Source of the DNA: an archaeon
GTDB taxonomy: Archaea; Undinarchaeota; CAZHTU01; JBDRCC01
DNA length: 64,000 bases
Assembly (NCBI GenBank): GCA_043822065.1
Contig: JBDRCC010000007.1
Span: forward strand, 1 to 64,000
Direction: 5' to 3'
Below are positions 19,019 to 27,406 of the stretch, one piece after another (within the stretch, counting starts at the first letter, position 1; every line of letters begins with the position of its first letter). The notes under the pieces were generated by a model that had not been told where the DNA came from, made no database searches, and saw nothing but the letters and a program-made list of their open reading frames with translations. The position numbers and the translations under genes are program-made.

Positions 19019-19945
19019 TTAGTATATCAGCAGGTGTATCAGGAAAGCAGCATATAACCCAAGCAGCATGATTCCGTCCCTCCGCGTGGTTTCCATCTTC
19101 TTGAGCTCCCTGATGAAGACGAGCGAGATTACGAACAGGAAAACAAGGTCGGTCCATATTGCGGCGAAGTCAATCGTTATCGGCCGTACCATCGAGGCAA
19201 AGCCAAGCCCCCAGAGTATGTTTATGTAATTCGCACCGACAATGTCGCCGAGCGACATCATAATCCTGCCTTTCATGGCCGCCATTATGCCCAGCGTCAG
19301 CTCAGGCAGGGATGTCCCGATTGCCACAATCGTCGCACCGATGAGCCACTCCGGAGTCCCCAACATCGTTGAAATATTCACTGCCGAGTTTACCGTGAAA
19401 TTCGCGCCCATCAGCACGCCGGATATGCTTACTGCAGTGAGCCCGACCTCCCGCATTACGTTTACTGTGCCGTCCGTTGCCGTCTTCTTGCTGCGTTCCC
19501 CCATTATCAGGTAAAAATTGAACAATACAACAGCCGCAAACATCGCTGCGCCGACCATCCTCCCTATCCCCCCTAAAATGGACATTATTATCAGGAGCGT
19601 AACACCGCCCAGCATGAACATCCCGTCCTTCTTCCAGAGCGTCTCGTCCCTGTGCCGTATGGGGTGTATCAGCGCAATTATGCCGATTATCAGCGCCATA
19701 TTGCAGATGTTCGAGCCAACGACATTCGCGACCGAAAGCACAGGGTGCGCCTTGTATGACGACATGACCGAAACCGCAAACTCCGGGAGGGAGGTGCCAT
19801 AAGCAACCAGCGTCATCCCTATGATGACCTCGCTTATGCCAGTGGCCCGCGCTATCCTGCTCGCCGAATCTATGAGCTTGTTTGCAAAATATACAAGGAC
19901 GCCCATGCTGGCGAAGAGTATCGCAAGCTGCGTTATTACTAGCAT
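19019..19945 (-). CDS. Ca2+/Na+ antiporter (YrbG/CaCA family)
   Basis: Two GTSLPE alpha repeats, NVVGSNICN. Confidence 0.92.
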   Translation of the reverse strand: MLVITQLAILFASMGVLVYFANKLIDSASRIARATGISEVIIGMTLVAYGTSLPEFAVSVMSSYKAHPVLSVANVVGSNICNMALIIGIIALIHPIRHRDETLWKKDGMFMLGGVTLLIIMSILGGIGRMVGAAMFAAVVLFNFYLIMGERSKKTATDGTVNVMREVGLTAVSISGVLMGANFTVNSAVNISTMLGTPEWLIGATIVAIGTSLPELTLGIMAAMKGRIMMSLGDIVGANYINILWGLGFASMVRPITIDFAAIWTDLVFLFVISLVFIRELKKMETTRRDGIMLLGLYAAFLIHLLIY

Positions 19946-19996
19946 AATTTCTTGATGGTCGTGACATATATATAATCTAAGATACTTACAATTTGC

Positions 19997-20551
19997 ATGA
20001 GGCTCTGGTCCGCCGCGCTCGCATTTCTGCTGCTGGCTAGCTTCGCTTTTGCAGAGGTGAAAATCTACGTCGACGATGTCGGCGACACGCCCCAGATTGC
20101 AGAGCTAAAGCAAATTTTTCCCAAGGGCGCAGAAGTGACTTATTTTGTCATCCCTACCCGGCTGACGCTCCGGACTGCAGAACTGCTCCGCGGGGAGAGC
20201 GTAGGCGTCCACGGCTACAACCATGAGACATACGAATTTATGACTGATTACGCCAACGCAAAGACCCGGGCAGAAGTGGGGGCGGCGATACTGCAGGACT
20301 ATGGATTCAGCCCTGCCTGCTTCCGCCCACCGTTCGACGCCATAAGCCCCGAGGCGGAAAAGGCCGTTTCAGATGCAGGCCTCACCCTACTCATCCAGCC
20401 TGCAAGGGACCCGCTGTTCAACAACCCGCGCCCCATGGAGACTGCCGCCCTCATCAAGCTGAAGTACCGGGTCACGGGAAACCTTAGGCTGACAATCCAC
20501 GTCCCGCTCGACGATGCGAAGCTTGAGGCAATAAAATACATTTTCAAATAG
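19997..20551 (+). CDS. Secreted polysaccharide deacetylase-like (CE4) protein
   Basis: YVDD, VHGYNH, FRPP. Confidence 0.75.
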   Translation: MRLWSAALAFLLLASFAFAEVKIYVDDVGDTPQIAELKQIFPKGAEVTYFVIPTRLTLRTAELLRGESVGVHGYNHETYEFMTDYANAKTRAEVGAAILQDYGFSPACFRPPFDAISPEAEKAVSDAGLTLLIQPARDPLFNNPRPMETAALIKLKYRVTGNLRLTIHVPLDDAKLEAIKYIFK

Positions 20552-20608
20552 CAAAACCCTTTCCGAAAAGAGTTAAAAGCGAGCCAGTTATTATTCACGC
20601 ACCACACG

Positions 20609-20683
20609 GGGGCCGTGGGGTAGTCTGGCGACCTTCTTTCAAAAAGAAGCGCGACCAAGAAACTCCCGGCTCAACCACGGCAT
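20609..20683 (+). repeat. 20-bp exact copy of the tRNA-Pro 5' end plus 55-nt hairpin insert
   Basis: GGGGCCGTGGGGTAGTCTGG at 20609-20628 and again at 20684-20703. Confidence 0.9.
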
Positions 20684-20761
20684 GGGGCCGTGGGGTAGTC
20701 TGGTCTATCCTGCCGGCTTTGGGAGCCGGCGACCCCAATTCAAATTTGGGCGGCCCCACCA
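20684..20761 (+). tRNA. tRNA-Pro(TGG), CCA encoded
   Basis: GGGGCCG/CGGCCCC-ACCA, CCGGC-TT TGG GA-GCCGG. Confidence 0.93.
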
Positions 20762-20803
20762 CTAATCAAAGATTTTATATCCTAAGTGCTCTTCTACAAA
20801 AGC

Positions 20804-22204
20804 ATGCGCCGGCTGCTTTATCTCTTCACAATAATTGGGATTCTGGTAGCCCCCGCGCTCTGCGCAGACAAGTACATTTTCGTGTCAATCGAGGGCGAGC
20901 AGAGCAGGCTGGACGTCGATGAGCAGCTCGACCTTGTAGTGCAGGTCTTCAACCCAAACCACGAGGATATTAGCGTCACCCTTGAGGTGACTGGCGCGAT
21001 ATATTCCTGGGCGACCCTGAAGGACACCCGCCTTACTGTGCCGATGCTCTCTAATGCGTCCACGACCCTCTACGTCGACGCGCCATTCGACGCGCCGGCA
21101 GGCTCGTACAGCATAGGGGTGACTGCATACCTGTCAAAAGACAAGTCGCTGTCTGGGAAGGGCGGCTACACCCTTACCCTCCTCCCGCAAGAAAAGGTTT
21201 CCGTGCTTTCCTCAACTGACAAGGGCGAATACTCCCTTACCGACGAAATGTCATTCCTTGCGGAGGTCGAGAACCTCGGGAACGTCCAATACGACGACCT
21301 CACGGTGAAGGTCAGATTTTTGGGGCAGGCGGAATGGTCCACCGAAAAGAAAATATTCCTGGACTCCAAGGAGCGCAGGGCAGTCGCAATGGATGTTGAC
21401 CTCCAGAAAGTCGTCGCCGGCAAGCAAACAGTCCTGACCGAAGTATACGCTGCGGACAACTACCTCGCCAACACCACGAACCAGCTGACAATCTTCCCCA
21501 CAAAGGACATATCCAAAACAGAGAACTCGACTGCCGGCTTCTGGCGGAAAACCTACACTCTTGTAATTGAGAACCGCGGAAACACTCTCGAGGTGGTGGA
21601 CGTCAGAAAGGCATTCCTTCCGCTCGAGGCAAATTTCCTTTCATCGTCCATCGAGCCAGCAAGGGCGGGATTATTCTCTTCGACCTGGTCCATTACAGTC
21701 CTCCCTGGCGAGAAAAAAGTCCTTGAGTTCTACACCTACGGCACAGTCCTCTATATATTCGACCTAATCGCGCTCCTCGTTTTCCTTGGCTTCGGCTACC
21801 TGAGCATAATGAAAATCCAGAACCGCTCGCCTGCCGAGGTCACCAAGGGCATGGTCGCAATATACTCCAAGGGCGGGAGGATGGACCTGACCGTTTCACT
21901 CTTAATAAAGAACAAGGGCCCCCAGCGCCTCACAAACATACTCGTCACAGACTCAGTTCCGATAAGCGTCCGCGTCAGCCGGTTCAGGACGGCAAGGCCG
22001 ACGCAGATTAACGAGCGCAAGTACGAGATTGAGTACATGTGGTCAATTCACTCGCTCCAGCCGTTTGAGGAGCGCGTAATCGTCTACGACATAGGCGGCG
22101 AAGCCGTGCCCAAGACGCTCCCCCAGGCGACCGTCCGCTCGACCAACAAGCATGGCAAGACCCTCTTCCACAAGTCGAATATCGTCCGGCTCCAGCAGCC
22201 ATAG
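20804..22204 (+). CDS. Cell-surface protein with Ig-like domains and one TM helix
   Basis: Signal peptide, VENLGNV/IENRGNT CARDB-like strands, TM helix, NKG...VTDSVP domain. Confidence 0.7.
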   Translation: MRRLLYLFTIIGILVAPALCADKYIFVSIEGEQSRLDVDEQLDLVVQVFNPNHEDISVTLEVTGAIYSWATLKDTRLTVPMLSNASTTLYVDAPFDAPAGSYSIGVTAYLSKDKSLSGKGGYTLTLLPQEKVSVLSSTDKGEYSLTDEMSFLAEVENLGNVQYDDLTVKVRFLGQAEWSTEKKIFLDSKERRAVAMDVDLQKVVAGKQTVLTEVYAADNYLANTTNQLTIFPTKDISKTENSTAGFWRKTYTLVIENRGNTLEVVDVRKAFLPLEANFLSSSIEPARAGLFSSTWSITVLPGEKKVLEFYTYGTVLYIFDLIALLVFLGFGYLSIMKIQNRSPAEVTKGMVAIYSKGGRMDLTVSLLIKNKGPQRLTNILVTDSVPISVRVSRFRTARPTQINERKYEIEYMWSIHSLQPFEERVIVYDIGGEAVPKTLPQATVRSTNKHGKTLFHKSNIVRLQQP

Positions 22205-22263
22205 CCTAACAGTAAATTTATTAAGCCATGGACTCTAACTAATCCTCACAGCTAGATTGGTTT

Positions 22264-22332
22264 GTCCCCTTGTAGCTCAATGGCAACCCTTTGCTTCGGC
22301 AAAGCGTTGGCGGAGAAGCTGAGGGAAACAAC
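22264..22332 (+). repeat. 20-bp exact copy of the tRNA-Tyr 5' end plus 49-nt hairpin insert
   Basis: GTCCCCTTGTAGCTCAATGG at 22264-22283 and 22333-22352; insert contains CTTTGC-TTCG-GCAAAG. Confidence 0.9.
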
Positions 22333-22334
22333 GT

Positions 22335-22439
22335 CCCCTTGTAGCTCAATGGTAGAGCGTCCGGCTGTAGTCTGGTTAAGTCCGCAAGGAAAGCCATGCG
22401 GGCACCGGAAGGTTGCTGGTTCGAGTCCGGCCGAGGGGA
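22335..22439 (+). tRNA. tRNA-Tyr(GTA) with canonical intron 22371-22403
   Basis: C1-G72 acceptor CCCCTTG/CGAGGGG-A, TCCGG-CT GTA G^A-CCGGA, relaxed BHB. Confidence 0.9.
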
Positions 22440-22517
22440 CTCCTATTTATTTAAAAAATAAAGGTGCAGGAGAGCATTCCCCCGCACATCTCTTCATAAA
22501 ATCTTTACAAGCAGAAA

Positions 22518-22874
22518 TTACTTCCTAACAGTTGCGCTTACTTTTGAAGACGCTGCACCGGTTCTCCTATCTGGAGCCGTCTTGCTACCTGCAGTCCGTC
22601 TCTGCCTTCTAAAATCTTCCCGGTCATACTCTGTGGCAACTGCGTTAAATCCGCTGTTTCTCAGCTCATTGCTGGCATTCTTTCGAATCTCGTCAGAAGA
22701 ACTATCTTTATCTCCAAATCTTTTAGTTATCCTGTCCGATATCTGTCTCGCAACTTCATCGGCGCGGTCCTTAAAATCTGAAGTGCGGCGAGCTGCCTCA
22801 CGAATAGACCTCTCAATTTTCTGCCCGTTAAAGGCCTCTGTACCTCTTGAACCCCTTTTCTTAACTTTAGCCAT
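22518..22874 (-). CDS. Stand-alone ATP-cone domain protein (cassette 1)
   Basis: KVKKRGSRGTEAFNGQKIERSI...SSDEIR...A..Y ATP-cone pattern. Confidence 0.75.
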   Translation of the reverse strand: MAKVKKRGSRGTEAFNGQKIERSIREAARRTSDFKDRADEVARQISDRITKRFGDKDSSSDEIRKNASNELRNSGFNAVATEYDREDFRRQRRTAGSKTAPDRRTGAASSKVSATVRK

Positions 22875-22980
22875 TATTTTATCCCCCCATTTAAACCAAT
22901 CTTCTCATTTTATAAATTACTTGTGCATATACTTCCTATACGCTTAGGTTCACGCCCAATAGTCAAATGAAAGGTTCCGG

Positions 22981-23011
22981 GCTGGTTCAAATCCGGCCGA
23001 GGGGACTCCTA
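22981..23011 (+). repeat. R1: copy of tRNA-Tyr 3' end (att-like)
   Basis: GCTGGTTCAAATCCGGCCGAGGGGACTCCTA vs 22415-22445, 29/31 identical. Confidence 0.92.
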
Positions 23012-23065
23012 CAAAAAGAAAACTTATTTATTGAGCAAAAACTCTACTGAGCCTTAGTATAACCT

Positions 23066-24109
23066 ATGACCGAAAAACGAGAGCTTAAATTTTTCGAGAA
23101 GTACCTGACCCTCTGGGTTTCGTTGTGTATATTAGCCGGCATCCTGTTCGGGAAGTTTTTCCCGGCAGTTGCAACTTCGCTGAACGGCATCCAATATGCC
23201 AACGTATCAATACCCATAGCTGTCCTGCTGTTCTTTATGATATACCCCATAATGGTCCAGATAGACATTCGGGACGTCATAAAGGCAGGCAAAACGCCGA
23301 AGCCGGTTGCCCTCACGCTTTTCGTAAATTGGGCAATAAAGCCCTTCTCAATGGCATTCATTGCATGGCTTTTCATGAGCCGGATTTGGGCTGGTCTGAT
23401 TCCTGGGGCAATGGCGACGGAATACACCGCCGGCATGATTCTCCTTGGTGTGGCGCCCTGCACTGCAATGGTTCTCGTCTGGAGCTACCTCTCAAAGGGG
23501 AACATGGGCCATACGCTCGTCATGGTCGCAATAAACTCGCTCACGATGCTCGTTCTTTATGCGCCAATTGCGGGCTTCCTGCTCGGCCTTACAGACATAC
23601 CCGTCCCGTGGCTGACGATTGCATTATCCGTTGCCGTTTACGTTGGCGTCCCTCTATTTGCGGGATACTTCTCCAGGAAGGAGCTGTTGCGGAGGTGGGG
23701 GCTTACATGGTTTGAGGAATCTTTTGCCCCCAAGCTAAGGACAGTTTCCATAGTTGCACTCCTCATTACCCTTATCACACTGTTCAGCCTGCAGGGCGGC
23801 GTTATCCTTGCACAGCCATTCGTAATAGCTCTCATCGCAATACCTCTTTTTATCCAGACGATGTTCATTTTCGGCCTTAGCTATTGGCTGTCACAAAAAA
23901 TAGGGCTTACTTATGCCGATGCTGCCCCAACGTCCCAGATAGGTGCAAGCAACCACTTTGAGGTTGCGATTGCAATGGCAGTCATGCTTTTTGGGATAGA
24001 CTCCGGAGCGGCGCTGGCGACCGTAGTTGGAGTTTTAATCGAGGTCCCTGTTATGCTGGGTTTAGTCAAGATATGCCTTGCAACTCAGCATTGGTTTCGC
24101 TCTTCTTAA
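23066..24109 (+). CDS. acr3: ACR3-family arsenite efflux transporter (cassette 2)
   Basis: [53 protein letters not shown]. Confidence 0.95.
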   Translation: MTEKRELKFFEKYLTLWVSLCILAGILFGKFFPAVATSLNGIQYANVSIPIAVLLFFMIYPIMVQIDIRDVIKAGKTPKPVALTLFVNWAIKPFSMAFIAWLFMSRIWAGLIPGAMATEYTAGMILLGVAPCTAMVLVWSYLSKGNMGHTLVMVAINSLTMLVLYAPIAGFLLGLTDIPVPWLTIALSVAVYVGVPLFAGYFSRKELLRRWGLTWFEESFAPKLRTVSIVALLITLITLFSLQGGVILAQPFVIALIAIPLFIQTMFIFGLSYWLSQKIGLTYADAAPTSQIGASNHFEVAIAMAVMLFGIDSGAALATVVGVLIEVPVMLGLVKICLATQHWFRSS

Positions 24110-24114
24110 AAAGA

Positions 24115-24151
24115 GGGATTACAATTGCAGTTGAAACCCGGCAGAGGGGAC
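24115..24151 (+). repeat. R2: cassette-end repeat
   Basis: GGGATTACAATTGCAGTTGAAACCCGGCAGAGGGGAC, 6 nt after acr3 stop. Confidence 0.85.
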
Positions 24152-24182
24152 CTATTTATATTTCTACGTTTTAACACATGCC

Positions 24183-24695
24183 ATGGCTTCCAAAATAAAA
24201 CTCTATGCCAAAGGCATTGAATCGTATCTCATCTCAACTGTAATCCTTGGCAATTTTATGATGCTCTCATGGATTGCACTGGGGACCATGGCTACCCGGT
24301 TCTTCAGCCCCCTGATTGCTCAGGCTTATCTGGCCATTGCTTTGATAATGGTCTACGTTGTCTTGCGGAAGCTCGTATGCACAAACTGCTATTACTATGG
24401 CAAGTGGTGCCCTACTGGCTGGGGAAAACTGTCTGCACGTCTATTCAAGAAAGGAAAGGTAGACGAATTTGCAAACAGCATTGGCGTAAAACTCGCCCCG
24501 GCTACATATGGGCTGTTGAGTCTGGTTCCGATTGTACTAATTATTATTTCACTATGGCAAGCCTTTACATCCTCTAAGGTTGTTGTACTGGTGCTGCTGC
24601 TTTTGGTTTCAGCTTACAGTGGCTCAATAGGCAGAAAGAAGTCCTGCGCGAACTGCAAGATGCGATTAATTTGTCCTGGCTGTGCTGTGAAGTAA
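24183..24695 (+). CDS. Membrane protein with Cys clusters (cassette 3)
   Basis: CTNCYYYGKWC and CANCKMRLICPGC; 4 TM segments. Confidence 0.7.
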   Translation: MASKIKLYAKGIESYLISTVILGNFMMLSWIALGTMATRFFSPLIAQAYLAIALIMVYVVLRKLVCTNCYYYGKWCPTGWGKLSARLFKKGKVDEFANSIGVKLAPATYGLLSLVPIVLIIISLWQAFTSSKVVVLVLLLLVSAYSGSIGRKKSCANCKMRLICPGCAVK

Positions 24696-24699
24696 TTCA

Positions 24700-24736
24700 G
24701 GGATTACACTTGCAGTTGAAATCTGGCAGAGGGGAT
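24700..24736 (+). repeat. R3: cassette-end repeat
   Basis: GGGATTACACTTGCAGTTGAAATCTGGCAGAGGGGAT, 5 nt after stop. Confidence 0.85.
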
Positions 24737-24786
24737 GTTTCCATTTTGTACGATAAAAATATAACCTGCTCTTCTTTACCTCTATC

Positions 24787-25950
24787 ATGCCGCAGAACAG
24801 AAAGCTTGGGGGGCTTGGAAGAAACATACTTTTGCTCGCCATTGTCAGCTTCTTAGCTGATGTCAGCAGTGAGATGATAACGCCGATTCTCCCGCTGTTC
24901 ATTCTTACACTTGGCGGGACAGGCGTAGCAATTGGCCTGATAGGTGGCGTAGGGGACTCCATTGCAAGCTTCCTGAAGGTTCTGTCCGGCTACTGGTCCG
25001 ATAGAATTGGGAAGCGCAAGCCGCTGGTAGTAGCCGGATACTTTACCTCTGCCTGCGCTAAATTGTTTTTTCCATTCGCAGCGGTGTGGCAACACATACT
25101 ACTACTAAGGTCTGCCGAAAGAGTCGGCAAGGGCGTCCGCACTGCACCACGTGACGCAATAATAGCACTGTCTTCGGACAGAAAGAAACTTGGCAAGGGG
25201 TTTGGCTTTAATCGGGCAGCAGACTCTGCAGGGGCCGTAGTTGGGACTTCCCTCGCGTTCATCTTTTTTTGGTTTCTTCATTTCGATTTGCAGAAAATCT
25301 TCCTGATAGCTGCGTTTGTCGCCTTCCTGGCCTTGGTGCCGCTTCATTTTGTCAAGGAGAAAAATTCAATGCCCACTAAGTCAAACCTGAAAATTAGTCT
25401 GTCGTCCCTTCCGCCGAAACTTCAGTCGTTTATCTTTATTTCAGCCCTCTTCTCATTTGCCGATTTCACTTACATGTTCTTTATTTTAAGGGCTGGCGAG
25501 TCATTCTCTGGAACTGCAGCGGTTGCAGTGCCGATACTGCTGTATCTCCTGTTCAATATGACTTACGCTTCTTTCTCAGTCAAAACCGGTGACCTCTCTG
25601 ACAGAATAGGGAGGACGAAAGTAATACGCGCAGGTTACCTCTTGTTTGTGGCAGTTTGCATTGGTTTTGTCTTTCTTGAGTCACTGCCTTGCCTTGTGCT
25701 CCTCTTCCTCGCCTATGGCATTGTCTACGCCCTGGTGGACGGAACTCAGCGCGCATATGTCTCGGACCTCAGCAGCGAAGGACTCAAGGGGACAGCACTT
25801 GGCACATTCCACGCCGCAAACGGATTCGCAGACCTACCGAGCGGGATTATCGCAGGTGTCCTATGGCAGTACGTAAGCCACGAAGCGACATTCGTTTTCG
25901 GGGCGTTTTTCGCCCTGTGCGCTTTCATATTGTTAAGGAACCAAAATTAA
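24787..25950 (+). CDS. MFS transporter (cassette 4)
   Basis: SFLADVSSEM, GYWSDRIGKRKP, RVGKGVRTAPRDA, GDLSDRIGR. Confidence 0.92.
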   Translation: MPQNRKLGGLGRNILLLAIVSFLADVSSEMITPILPLFILTLGGTGVAIGLIGGVGDSIASFLKVLSGYWSDRIGKRKPLVVAGYFTSACAKLFFPFAAVWQHILLLRSAERVGKGVRTAPRDAIIALSSDRKKLGKGFGFNRAADSAGAVVGTSLAFIFFWFLHFDLQKIFLIAAFVAFLALVPLHFVKEKNSMPTKSNLKISLSSLPPKLQSFIFISALFSFADFTYMFFILRAGESFSGTAAVAVPILLYLLFNMTYASFSVKTGDLSDRIGRTKVIRAGYLLFVAVCIGFVFLESLPCLVLLFLAYGIVYALVDGTQRAYVSDLSSEGLKGTALGTFHAANGFADLPSGIIAGVLWQYVSHEATFVFGAFFALCAFILLRNQN

Positions 25951-25951
25951 T

Positions 25952-25988
25952 GGAATTATAACTGTAGTTGAAACACAGCCGAGGGCAC
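25952..25988 (+). repeat. R4: cassette-end repeat
   Basis: GGAATTATAACTGTAGTTGAAACACAGCCGAGGGCAC, 2 nt after stop. Confidence 0.75.
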
Positions 25989-26077
25989 GCCCCCTCTATT
26001 TGGCAATACATAACCATATAAACTTCCTCTGCCAAGAAGTACTGCCCCATTATTCATCGGGGCAGGAATAAAACATA

Positions 26078-26290
26078 ATGGCATACGAAAACAACTTCCA
26101 AGGTGGAAGTGGAAACTTTAACAGGCCGCCGCGCGAGATGCACTCCGTTGACATAAATGGCAACGAGCTCGTTTGCGCAGACTGCAAAACAACTGGTTTC
26201 CAGCTACCTTTCAAGGCAGACGGCAGCAGGCCGGTTTACTGCTCGGATTGTAACAGGAATCACAGACCACCACAGAGAGACAGGTTTTAG
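26078..26290 (+). CDS. CxxC-x17-CxxC zinc-binding small protein (cassette 5)
   Basis: PREMH...CADC...LPFK...RPVYCSDC. Confidence 0.85.
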   Translation: MAYENNFQGGSGNFNRPPREMHSVDINGNELVCADCKTTGFQLPFKADGSRPVYCSDCNRNHRPPQRDRF

Positions 26291-26379
26291 TAAATAGCGC
26301 ATAGAAAAATTAGCACATATTGATTTTTCTTAAAGAGATTTACTGAATAGCTACGCCTCTATAGGGGTGGGACTGAAAA

Positions 26380-26416
26380 CAGATTGTACCTTTAGTTGGC
26401 CCTCAGGCGAGGGCTC
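26380..26416 (+). repeat. R5: degenerate cassette-end repeat
   Basis: CAGATTGTACCTTTAGTTGGCCCTCAGGCGAGGGCTC, 25/37 ungapped to R4, followed by CTATTTATTTAA as after the tRNA. Confidence 0.6.
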
Positions 26417-26593
26417 AACTATTTATTTAACTCGTTCTCGAATTTTTCATACTACTCAGAGTAGACCTGCTCCGCCGGCTTTCCGCGGATGTTCCACTCC
26501 TTGCTCTTTGGGGACGAAGCGGGTGCTTATACTATTGAAGTATATTTGATTGCAGCCTCACGCATGGGGCTTCGTAAACGCTTTGTGGTTTAG

Positions 26594-26941
26594 TATCCTC
26601 ACCAGGACAATCAGCGGCAGTTCGACCCGCTCTATGAGAAATACGGCACGCCGATAATCATGATGACGCCATTCCAGAGCTGCGAGTACGGCGCAAAGCA
26701 GGACTGGTTCGAGCCGATGATGCTCCAGCCGGACGTCAAGCAGGACCTGGTTGCGCAGGCAGACATGTACGAGGCGTTCTTCTCAGCGACAATCGACGAG
26801 CCATGGTTTGCCGGGCTCATGACCTGGGGCTACTACTTTGAGGACGAGTTCAACACTAAGGAGTATGCCTCAGAAAAGTCCTCGACCGTCAGGAACAAGC
26901 CGGCGGCGCAGATTGTCAAAAAAATGGTTCGAGCAGATTGA
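26594..26941 (+). pseudogene. C-terminal fragment of a GH113/TIM-barrel glycoside hydrolase-like gene
   Basis: QADMYEAFF...PWFAG..W...RNKPAAQI; N-terminal part missing. Confidence 0.55.
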
Positions 26942-27050
26942 GTAATCTCCCTCCCTTCAGCCAATACATGGGGGATACAAATCTATATAAACCCCTATTG
27001 ACAAATAAAACTGTCCTCACATACTGTTGAGGGCAGGAAAAATAACTAAA

Positions 27051-27281
27051 ATGGATCGTGAAAACAGATTCGGTGGACGCGGAAGAAGTAACTTTGACAG
27101 GCCTCGCGGAAATTTCGACAGGCCGGATAGGGAAATGCACACAACGTATGACGACGGCACTCCGACGGTTTGCGCAGACTGCAAAGCAACCGGCTTTGGC
27201 GTACCCTTCCAGCCAAAAAAGGACAGGGACCTCTACTGCCAAAACTGCATAAAAAACCACCAGAAGCCAAGAAGGTTCTAA
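27051..27281 (+). CDS. CxxC-x17-CxxC zinc-binding small protein (paralog of 26078)
   Basis: DREMH...CADC...VPFQP...LYCQNC. Confidence 0.85.
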   Translation: MDRENRFGGRGRSNFDRPRGNFDRPDREMHTTYDDGTPTVCADCKATGFGVPFQPKKDRDLYCQNCIKNHQKPRRF

Positions 27282-27406
27282 CAAGTAGACCCTAGAAAAG
27301 ATTAAACTTTTTGATTTTTTCTTAGAGCTTTACTTAGTGTAAGATTTGCACAAATATATCCCGGCAGTTTTGCCGGGTACAATTTTTTTTATCAACAATA
27401 GGTTAG

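Larger units (their letters stand above)
22440..26416. mobile_element. Putative tRNA-Tyr-anchored array of single-gene cassettes
   Basis: Five copies of the tRNA 3' end, each following one gene; no integrase in the window. Confidence 0.65.

Noticed and set aside
22262-22528. 88-aa ORF with an internal SPCSSM repeat
   Set aside because: It is the translation of tRNA-Tyr and its 5' duplicate.
24115-25988. CRISPR array, because the repeats contain GTTGAAAC like CRISPR repeat ends
   Set aside because: Spacings are 0.4-1.3 kb and hold whole genes, the repeats continue into tRNA-derived sequence, and no cas genes are present.
27345-27380. Sixth cassette repeat (TTGCA...ATCCCGGCAG)
   Set aside because: It needs a gap, lacks GAGGGG, and is better explained as the CCCGGCA/TGCCGGG hairpin between convergent genes.
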